A stretch of 5,127 nt of DNA from Leidyana gryllorum EB-2025a. Its lineage: Eukaryota > Protista > Apicomplexa. Of the stretch, positions 1 to 4,223 are shown in pieces; the stretch's first letter is position 1; every line of letters starts with the position of its first letter. The DNA lies in contig JBLWGC010000004.1 in the NCBI GenBank assembly GCA_048772705.1, positions 1 through 5,127 on the forward strand. The letters are read 5' to 3'. The notes below the pieces were generated by a model. The model was not told where the DNA came from and did no database searches. It saw nothing but the letters and a program-made list of their open reading frames with translations. The translations under genes and the position numbers were made by a program.

Positions 1-24
1 TGAGTTCGATTCCCAGAACAGCCC
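1..24 (+). tRNA. 3' end of tRNA-Pro-family gene (cut by window edge; anticodon not visible)
   Basis: TGAG-TTCGATT-CCCAG-AACAGCC-C matches the T-arm and acceptor 3' strand of the tRNA-Pro at 1136-1207, with one T-stem substitution. Confidence 0.8.
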
Positions 25-113
25 GTCTGATAGTTGTTGACGCAACACGGCACTCGACCCATCCCGAACAGCTAAGACAGGATCTGAGTTGTTGACTCAA
101 CAGGCTGCAACCC
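12..113. repeat. Degenerate tandem duplication of tRNA-Pro 3' end plus trailer (12-60 vs 63-113)
   Basis: CCCAGAACAGC...TCTGATAGTTGTTGACGCAACACGGC vs CCCGAACAGC...TCTGAGTTGTTGACTCAACAGGC. Confidence 0.6.
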
Positions 114-125
114 GGCCATTCGCCC

Positions 126-198
126 AGACGCTATTGGGACTCGAACCCAGAATCCCCGGTTCCTATGACCGAGGCCATATCCGTTAAGCCATAGCGCC
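126..198 (-). pseudogene. tRNA-Arg-family pseudogene (loop now CA-TAG-GA)
   Basis: Reverse complement GGCGCTA-TG-GCTT-AACGGATA-TGGC-C-TCGGT-CATAGGA-ACCGG-GGATT-CTGGG-TTCGAGT-CCCAA-TAGCGTC-T. Acceptor pairs, U33 is lost, T-stem has a mismatch. The paralog at 2677 has anticodon ACG. Confidence 0.8.
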
Positions 199-406
199 GA
201 CTAACGGAGCCGTCAAATGGAAGTGTGTAGCGATCAAGACGACATGGGCAGCTACGCCCGATCGTGGGTTCGGACAAACTTCACCTACATCTCCCATTCG
301 AGACATCGGGGACATACTATCGAAGCCAGGATTCGGGCCTGGGTATGCACGGCCACAACTTGCTGTTGTAACCACTAGACGACGCGGACAATCTTCAAGT
401 GAGGCT
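139..406 (-). repeat. His-Arg module, inverted copy of 2500-2736
   Basis: Both tRNA bodies and flanks align, e.g. rc CTTGATCGCTACACACTTCCATTTGA vs CTTGATCGCAACACACTCTCATTTGA and rc AGCCTCACTTGAAGATT vs AGCCTCATATGAAGACT. Confidence 0.85.
318..389 (-). pseudogene. tRNA-His(GTG) pseudogene
   Basis: rc GTCCGCGTCGTCTAGTGGTTACAACAGCAAG-TT-GTG-GC-CGTGCATACCCAGGCCCGAATCCTGGCTTCGATA; anticodon at 354-356; acceptor, D-stem and TTC of the T-loop are damaged. Confidence 0.85.
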
Positions 407-465
407 GGTGGGTACCAAAGCCACTTTAGATGTCAGGCTATCGAGTTTTGTGTCCTTGGTTGCCT

Positions 466-538
466 GACGCCCTAGCTCAGTCGGTAGAGCGCAAGACTCT
501 TAATCTTGCAGTCGCGGGTTCGAGCCCCGCGGGCGGTG
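466..538 (+). tRNA. tRNA-Lys(CTT), near intact (A2:G71 mismatch)
   Basis: GACGCCC-TA-GCTC-AGTCGGTA-GAGC-G-CAAGA-CT-CTT-AA-TCTTG-CAGTC-GCGGG-TTCGAGC-CCCGC-GGGCGGT-G; anticodon 499-501. Confidence 0.93.
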
Positions 539-544
539 TGGATC

Positions 545-549
545 TTTTT
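545..549 (+). terminator. Pol III oligo-T terminator of tRNA-Lys
   Basis: TTTTT beginning 7 nt after the tRNA-Lys 3' end. Confidence 0.65.
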
Positions 550-594
550 CCCTGGAAGTAAGGAACTGTTGCCTACAAGCACATTCAGCAATAT

Positions 595-667
595 TTCCAC
601 TGCCGGGACTTGAACCCGGGTCATGCGGGTGAGAGCCGCATATCCTAGCCACTTAGACTACAGTGGA
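595..667 (-). tRNA. tRNA-Glu(CTC), intact
   Basis: rc TCCACTG-TA-GTCTAAGTGGCTAGGAT-A-TGCGG-CT-CTC-AC-CCGCA-TGAC-CCGGG-TTCAAGT-CCCGG-CAGTGGA-A; acceptor, anticodon and T stems pair fully; anticodon 631-633. Confidence 0.96.
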
Positions 668-784
668 CAACTCCCTCAGCTGCAGCTTTAGCCGAGAGCC
701 GTACCCTCTTGACAAGACGTGGTTGCAGAATCTTGCGGTAGAAAAAGGAGGATCTCTATACTAACCTCTGAACTATTGTAGCTG

Positions 785-857
785 GGTCTTGTAGCTCAGT
801 CGGCAGAGCGTGTGGCTGTTAACCACAAAGTCGCAGGTTCGAAACCTGCCAGGACCG
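785..857 (+). tRNA. tRNA-Asn(GTT), intact
   Basis: GGTCTTG-TA-GCTC-AGTCGGCA-GAGC-G-TGTGG-CT-GTT-AA-CCACA-AAGTC-GCAGG-TTCGAAA-CCTGC-CAGGACC-G; anticodon 818-820. Confidence 0.96.
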
Positions 858-974
858 CTTTCAGAGGCACCCTAAACATTGACTGCGCTGCTCTCGCAAT
901 GGCACTTGTGGTCTGCGACCCTTCAAAGATGTAAGGTTGGGTTTGGCTCCCGCCCCGTGCTGCCGTACGTACTT

Positions 975-1047
975 TGGACGACCTGGGCATTGATCCCAGT
1001 ACCTCTCGCATGCTAAGCGAGCGCTCTACTATTTGAGCTAGTCCCCC
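975..1047 (-). tRNA. tRNA-Ala(AGC), possibly impaired (G4:G69 mismatch, D-loop GG changed to AG)
   Basis: rc GGGGGAC-TA-GCTC-AAATAGTA-GAGC-G-CTCGC-TT-AGC-AT-GCGAG-AGGTA-CTGGG-ATCAATG-CCCAG-GTCGTCC-A; G3:U70 Ala identity pair present; anticodon 1012-1014. Confidence 0.88.
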
Positions 1048-1135
1048 GCTGTGCAGACCCCATCGCATTGAGTGGTACTTCACGTAGTATGACCACTCTC
1101 TCGAGTGTACCTAGCGGGTTGCACGACCGACAGGC

Positions 1136-1207
1136 GGCTGTTTGGTCTAGTGGTATGATCCTTCCTTAGGGTGGAAGGAGTCCTGGGTTCGATTCCCAGA
1201 ACAGCCC
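1136..1207 (+). tRNA. tRNA-Pro(AGG), intact
   Basis: GGCTGTT-TG-GTCTAGTGGTATGAT-C-CTTCC-TT-AGG-GT-GGAAG-GAGTC-CTGGG-TTCGATT-CCCAG-AACAGCC-C; anticodon 1168-1170. Confidence 0.96.
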
Positions 1208-1288
1208 CGTTGGTTGCCGGTTGACCCGACGCTCTATCTCATCTCAAGATGGTACGGCTCTCGTCCAAAGCTGCAGCTGAGGAAGTTG

Positions 1289-1359
1289 TCCACTGTAGTC
1301 TAGGTGGCCAGATATGCGGCTCTCACCCGTACATCCGGGTTCAAGTCGCGGCGGTGCAG
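1289..1359 (+). pseudogene. tRNA-Glu(CTC) pseudogene
   Basis: Paralog of 595-667 with small deletions and mismatches in the T-stem (CGCGG) and acceptor (CGGTGCA); anticodon 1322-1324. Confidence 0.88.
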
Positions 1360-1418
1360 GTCTTGCTAAGTGTGCTTGCAGGGAACATTCCATTCTTACT
1401 CGCAGGGATATTGAGCCG

Positions 1419-1481
1419 CACCACGCGCCGGGCTCGAAGCCGCGCCGCAAAAAATAAGAGTCTCGCGCTTTAGGACTGACT
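1419..1481 (-). pseudogene. tRNA-Lys(CTT) remnant, 5' end lost
   Basis: CACCACGCGCCGGGCTCGAAGCCGCGCCGCAAAAAATAAGAGTCTCGCGCTTTAGGACTGA aligns to the rc of 477-538 (CACCGCCCGCGGGGCTCGAACCCGCGACTGCAAGATTAAGAGTCTTGCGCTCTACCGACTGA). Confidence 0.8.
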
Positions 1482-1725
1482 TCACGAACAGAAAACGGGT
1501 AAAGTGGCGAGCCAAGAGCACTCCGACAAGATGGCCGAGTGGTCTGAGGCGCTGTGTTAAGGCCGCAGTCCGAAAGGGCGTGGGTTCGAATCCCACTCTG
1601 GTCAGCCGTTGTATCGGCACTCGGTCAGCCACTGGATGCAATAGGTCTTCCATGTTGTGCCGATGGGCGGCTAGCTCAGATGGTAGGGCGCTAGCTTTGC
1701 CTGCGAGAGGCACTGGGATCGATAC
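1478..1725 (+). repeat. Leu-Ala module; direct copy at 4872-5127
   Basis: Leu upstream flank, Leu gene, spacer (CCGTTGTATCGGC.CTCGGTCAGCCACTGGATGCAATAGGTCTTCCATGT) and Ala gene are all near identical. Confidence 0.93.
1525..1604 (+). tRNA. tRNA-Leu(AAG), near intact (A4:G69 mismatch)
   Basis: GACAAGA-TG-GCC-GAGTGGTCTGA-GGC-G-CTGTG-TT-AAG-GC-CGCAG-TCCGAAAGGGC-GTGGG-TTCGAAT-CCCAC-TCTGGTC-A; class II variable arm; anticodon 1559-1561. Confidence 0.92.
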
Positions 1726-1737
1726 CCAGGTCGTCCA
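1665..1737 (+). tRNA. tRNA-Ala(TGC), probably decaying (anticodon-stem mismatch, C37)
   Basis: GGGCGGC-TA-GCTC-AGATGGTA-GGGC-G-CTAGC-TT-TGC-CT-GCGAG-AGGCA-CTGGG-ATCGATA-CCCAG-GTCGTCC-A; anticodon 1698-1700. Confidence 0.85.
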
Positions 1738-1813
1738 AACTCAGTAGGGCGGCACCTGTCGTAGTTAAATACAGAGTTGCGACCTCTAAGAGACAGTCGG
1801 GTGCCACAGCTCC

Positions 1814-1854
1814 CGGTACTGCCAGGCTTCGAAACTGCGACTTTGTGGTGATAG
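1814..1854 (-). pseudogene. 3' half remnant of tRNA-Asn
   Basis: rc CTATCACCACAAAGTCGCAGTTTCGAAGCCTGGCAGTACCG aligns to 816-857 CTGTTAACCACAAAGTCGCAGGTTCGAAACCTGCCAGGACCG; same convergent position relative to tRNA-Ala as in the other modules. Confidence 0.78.
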
Positions 1855-1934
1855 AGAGCAACGTCCCAAAAAGCCGCCCAAGTCATTCAATAAATTGATG
1901 TCAATTCTTCATATTACCCCAGTCGTCTGTTCAT

Positions 1935-2040
1935 GCCCCCCTCCGGGGGGGCTCACTATAAGTGGAATGATACAGAGAAGATTAGCATGGCCCCTGCGCA
2001 AGGATGACCAATCTGGATCGAGAAGTCCACTCAATTTTTT
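1935..2040 (+). ncRNA. U6: U6 spliceosomal snRNA
   Basis: 5' stem-loop GCCCCCC-TCCG-GGGGGGC (1935-1952), ACAGAGA box (1972-1978), conserved core AGATTAGCATGGCCCCTGCGCAAGGATGAC with the AGC triad (1984-1986), ATCGAGAAG (2017-2025), terminal T6. Confidence 0.96.
2035..2040 (+). terminator. Pol III oligo-T terminator of U6
   Basis: TTTTTT at the expected U6 3' end. Confidence 0.85.
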
Positions 2041-2212
2041 GTCTTCCTCACATCGCGTCATACCCGTAATGTGGCGGGCTGCATCCAGACGACCTGGCTT
2101 GGTCTACCAGGAGGTGCAAGGGGGGCGAAAAACTAAAGCTTTGGGCCGGAATCTATGATGGAACAGTTTGGCTGGAGCTGAGAGGCGTTGCATATTGAGT
2201 CAATCCGCAACA

Positions 2213-2283
2213 AGGAGCTGGGAATCCAACCCACGACTCCTTCCACCCCGAGGAAGGATCACACCATTAAAGACTAAACTGCG
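2213..2283 (-). pseudogene. tRNA-Pro pseudogene (loop TC-GGG-GT)
   Basis: CTGGGAATCCAACCCACGACTCCTTCCACCCCGAGGAAGGATCACACCATTAAAGACTAAACTGC aligns to 4000-4062; acceptor 3' strand largely lost; ends approximate. Confidence 0.83.
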
Positions 2284-2336
2284 GACTGGTCGGTGGTGCA
2301 GTTCGTTGGGTAAAGTCGAGAGACTGACTTGGACGT

Positions 2337-2416
2337 GCTGCAGTAGATCAGTTGGTACAGCCCTTGACTGTAGTGCTGACATCACATTGTCGCCGGTTCG
2401 ACTTCGTCCCACCGAA
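2337..2416 (+). pseudogene. tRNA-Tyr(GTA) pseudogene with short insert at the canonical intron position
   Basis: TAGATCAGTTGGTACAGC (A box/D arm), TGA-CT-GTA-G-[TGCTGAC]-A-TCA, GTCGCCGGTTCGACT (B box); anticodon 2370-2372; acceptor strands do not pair. Confidence 0.75.
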
Positions 2417-2516
2417 AGTTGAAGTGTGTTCGGATCACCATGCACTTCATCTGACGCTCCTGTTGCATCCCATCCCGATTGATGCGTCACAACCTTTATA
2501 GCCTCATATGAAGACT

Positions 2517-2589
2517 GTGCGAGTCGTCGTGTGGTTTACGAGAGTAAGTTGTGGCCGTGCAAACCCAGGCTCGATTCCTGGCTCGGACA
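2517..2589 (+). pseudogene. tRNA-His(GTG) pseudogene
   Basis: GTGCGAG...GTAAG-TT-GTG-GC-CGTGC-AAAC-CCAGG-CTCGATT-CCTGG-CTCGGAC-A; D arm and anticodon stem damaged; anticodon 2551-2553. Confidence 0.85.
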
Positions 2590-2676
2590 GCATAGTTCCG
2601 GTGTCTCGGATGGAAACTCTTGCCGAGTCGACAACGCTTGATCGCAACACACTCTCATTTGAGACCCCCGTTGATC

Positions 2677-2736
2677 GGCGGTGTGGCTCAATGGATGTGG
2701 CATCGGTCCACGGAACTGGGGATTGTGTGCTCGAGT
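2677..2736 (+). pseudogene. tRNA-Arg(ACG) remnant truncated at end of T-loop
   Basis: GGCGGTGTGGCTCAATGGATGTGGCA-TCGGT-CC-ACG-GA-ACTGG-GGATTGTGTGCTCGAGT; paralog of 126-198; anticodon 2710-2712. Confidence 0.78.
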
Positions 2737-2737
2737 G

Positions 2738-2808
2738 CTCCGAGACCGGGAATCGACCGTGGTCTGCCGCGTGATAGGCGGAAATCCTAACCGCTATACT
2801 ATCTCGGA
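2738..2808 (-). pseudogene. tRNA-Asp-family gene with ATC anticodon, damaged T arm
   Basis: rc TCCGAGA-TA-GTATAGCGGTTAGGAT-T-TCCGC-CT-ATC-AC-GCGGC-AGACCACGGTCGATTCCCGG-TCTCGGA-G; acceptor perfect; anticodon 2773-2775. Confidence 0.85.
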
Positions 2809-2902
2809 CGCTCTGGATACGCCGGCCTCCAACCCCAGAAGTTCTTCCATTTTGAGATTCCACGGATAGAAAACGCGTGGGGCGGCGAGCCAACAACATT
2901 TC

Positions 2903-2982
2903 GGCAAGATGGCCGAGTGGTCCAAGGCGCAGTGCTCAGGCCGCAGTCCGAAAGGGCGTGGGTTCGAATCCCACTCTTGTCA
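2903..2982 (+). tRNA. tRNA-Leu(CAG), one anticodon-stem mismatch
   Basis: GGCAAGA-TG-GCC-GAGTGGTCCAA-GGC-G-CAGTG-CT-CAG-GC-CGCAG-TCCGAAAGGGC-GTGGG-TTCGAAT-CCCAC-TCTTGTC-A; anticodon 2937-2939. Confidence 0.9.
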
Positions 2983-3114
2983 GGCGTTGTAGTCAGGACA
3001 ACCTGCGACTTCATCCCAGCATGCCCCCACGATGCGCGCGGGACAGCCGGCCGTGCACGTGGCACCCGGCTAACTTTTGTCGATACAACTGCCACATGAT
3101 TCTCCAGCTAAGTT

Positions 3115-3186
3115 GCCTTCTTAGCTTAGGGGCAGAGCGTTCGCTTCGTAAGCGAGAAGTCGCCGGTTCGATTCCGGCCGAAGGCT
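3115..3186 (+). tRNA. tRNA-Thr(CGT), near intact (T7:C66 mismatch)
   Basis: GCCTTCT-TA-GCTT-AGGGGCA-GAGC-G-TTCGC-TT-CGT-AA-GCGAG-AAGTC-GCCGG-TTCGATT-CCGGC-CGAAGGC-T; anticodon 3147-3149. Confidence 0.92.
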
Positions 3187-3250
3187 TTGATGCATCGATA
3201 AGCTTATGAGGAATGGCTGTCACCACGTACAAGAATGACCATCGTGTTCT

Positions 3251-3321
3251 GCATCTGTGGTCTAGTGGAAGAGTCGCTCGCTGCCATCGAGATAACCCGT
3301 GTGCGATTCCTGACAGATGCA
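3251..3321 (+). pseudogene. tRNA-Gly(GCC) pseudogene
   Basis: Perfect acceptor GCATCTG/CAGATGC, A box TGGTCTAGTGG, CTCG-CT-GCC-AT-CGAG (anticodon 3283-3285); T arm degraded (GTGCGATTC instead of GTTCGATTC). Confidence 0.85.
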
Positions 3322-3365
3322 GAATGATAGCATGATGAGTTTGTCGGCGGTTTCGATTCTGACCG

Positions 3366-3438
3366 TGGGAGTGGAGAGGATCGAACTCTCGACTTCAGGA
3401 TTATGAGACCTACGCGCTACCGACTGCGCTACACTCCC
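3366..3438 (-). tRNA. Elongator tRNA-Met(CAT), intact
   Basis: rc GGGAGTG-TA-GCGC-AGTCGGTA-GCGC-G-TAGGT-CT-CAT-AA-TCCTG-AAGTC-GAGAG-TTCGATC-CTCTC-CACTCCC-A; the U31:U39 pair is typical of eukaryotic elongator Met; anticodon 3403-3405. Confidence 0.96.
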
Positions 3439-3514
3439 CCTCCGACTTCCTCCGAGGAATCACCTGAACCCAGAACCATGCTGCCAGGCAGGTTGGGCCA
3501 AGATACAACAAAGC

Positions 3515-3585
3515 GGGCTGTTCTGGAATGGAACCTAGGAATTCTTCCAAACGACGGAAGTATCATACCACTACACCAAATAGCC
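3515..3585 (-). pseudogene. tRNA-Pro pseudogene (loop decayed to GT-CGT-TT)
   Basis: Aligns end to end with 3992-4063 with many substitutions; anticodon stem CTTCC/GGAAG retained; T arm damaged. Confidence 0.85.
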
Positions 3586-3707
3586 GCCTGTCGTTCGTGC
3601 AACCCGCTGAAGACAGTTTAAAAATTGGTCATCCTATGTTGAGAACCAACAAATGCGATGGGGTCTGCACCGCGGGCGACTAGCTCAAATGGTAGAGCGC
3701 TCGTTTA
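3515..3707 (+). repeat. Third copy of Pro-spacer-Ala(5' half) module; direct relative to 3992-4185
   Basis: 88-nt spacer GCCTGTCG.TCGTGCAACCCG...AAATGCGATGGGGTCTGCAC.GC shared with 4064-4151 and with the rc of 1048-1135. Confidence 0.9.
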
Positions 3708-3746
3708 ATAAGCGAAGGGTCGCCGGTTCGACTCCGGCAGAAGCCT
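3674..3746 (+). pseudogene. Chimeric tRNA: Ala 5' half plus Thr 3' half, anticodon AAT
   Basis: 5' GGGCGACTAGCTCAAATGGTAGAGCGCTCG matches the Ala genes; 3' TAAGCGAAGGGTCGCCGGTTCGACTCCGGCAGAAGCCTTTG matches Thr 3149-3189; acceptor strands GGGCGAC/AGAAGCC do not pair; anticodon 3707-3709. Confidence 0.88.
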
Positions 3747-3794
3747 TTGCTCACCAGCCGATCTATTCTAAACTGTTTCCCTTTTGCGCACACT

Positions 3795-3866
3795 TAGCAG
3801 TGAGTGGTTTCGATCAACTGACCTTTGGGTTATGAGCCCAACACTCTTCCAATGAGCTACACTGCT
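3795..3866 (-). tRNA. Initiator tRNA-Met(CAT), near intact (T52:C62 mismatch)
   Basis: rc AGCAGTG-TA-GCTC-ATTGGAA-GAGT-G-TTGGG-CT-CAT-AA-CCCAA-AGGTC-AGTTG-ATCGAAA-CCACT-CACTGCT-A; A1:U72, three G:C pairs in the anticodon stem, A54 and A60; anticodon 3832-3834. Confidence 0.93.
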
Positions 3867-3991
3867 CAGTCCGCAACATGGAAGAGGTAGCCGAAATGCG
3901 ATTCTTGAGATGTTAATTGCCTTGAGTGTCGACGCGGTGGCTGTGTTACTTCTAAAACTGCTTATCCCATCGGGTCAACCGACAACCAAGA

Positions 3992-4063
3992 GGGCTGTTC
4001 TGGGAATCGAACCCAGGACTCCTTCCACCCTAAGGAAGGATCATACCACTAGACCAAACAGCC
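3992..4063 (-). tRNA. tRNA-Pro(AGG), intact
   Basis: Exact reverse complement of 1136-1207; anticodon 4029-4031. Confidence 0.96.
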
Positions 4064-4151
4064 GCCTGTCGGTCGTGCAACCCGGTGAGCACAGTCGCGA
4101 GAGTGGTCATACTATGTGAAGTACCACTAAATGCGATGGGGTCTGCACAGC

Positions 4152-4223
4152 GGGGGACTAGCTCAAATGGTGAAGCGCTCGCTTAGCGTGCAAGAGGTAC
4201 GGGATCAATGCCCAGGTCGTCCA
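4152..4223 (+). pseudogene. tRNA-Ala(AGC) pseudogene
   Basis: Paralog of 975-1047 with G4:G69, a D-stem change (TGAAGC), an anticodon-stem mismatch (GCAAG) and a 1-nt T-stem deletion; anticodon 4185-4187. Confidence 0.87.

Larger units (their letters stand above)
476..712 (+). repeat. Lys-Glu module; decayed inverted copy at 1244-1481
   Basis: rc of the Glu upstream flank TCAAGAGGGTACGGCTCTCGGCTAAAGCTGCAGCTGAGGGAGTTG aligns with 1244-1288; the Glu body, spacer and Lys body also align. Confidence 0.88.
751..1229 (+). repeat. Asn-Ala-Pro module; inverted copy at about 3970-4426
   Basis: 971-1229 is highly similar to the rc of 3970-4227 (Pro genes identical); the Asn gene and its upstream flank (ATCTCTATACTAACCTCTGA) align more loosely to the rc of 4338-4426. 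Confidence 0.9.
2738..2991 (+). repeat. Asp-Leu divergent module; direct copy at 4751-5007
   Basis: Asp body, 94/95-nt spacer (CGCTC.TGGATAC.CCGGCCT.CAACCCCA.AAGT...) and Leu body align. Confidence 0.9.

Noticed and set aside
253-276. CGCCCGATCGTGGGTTCGGAC as an additional tRNA T-arm fragment
   Set aside because: Too short, with no pairing partner or A box; isotype and strand cannot be assigned.
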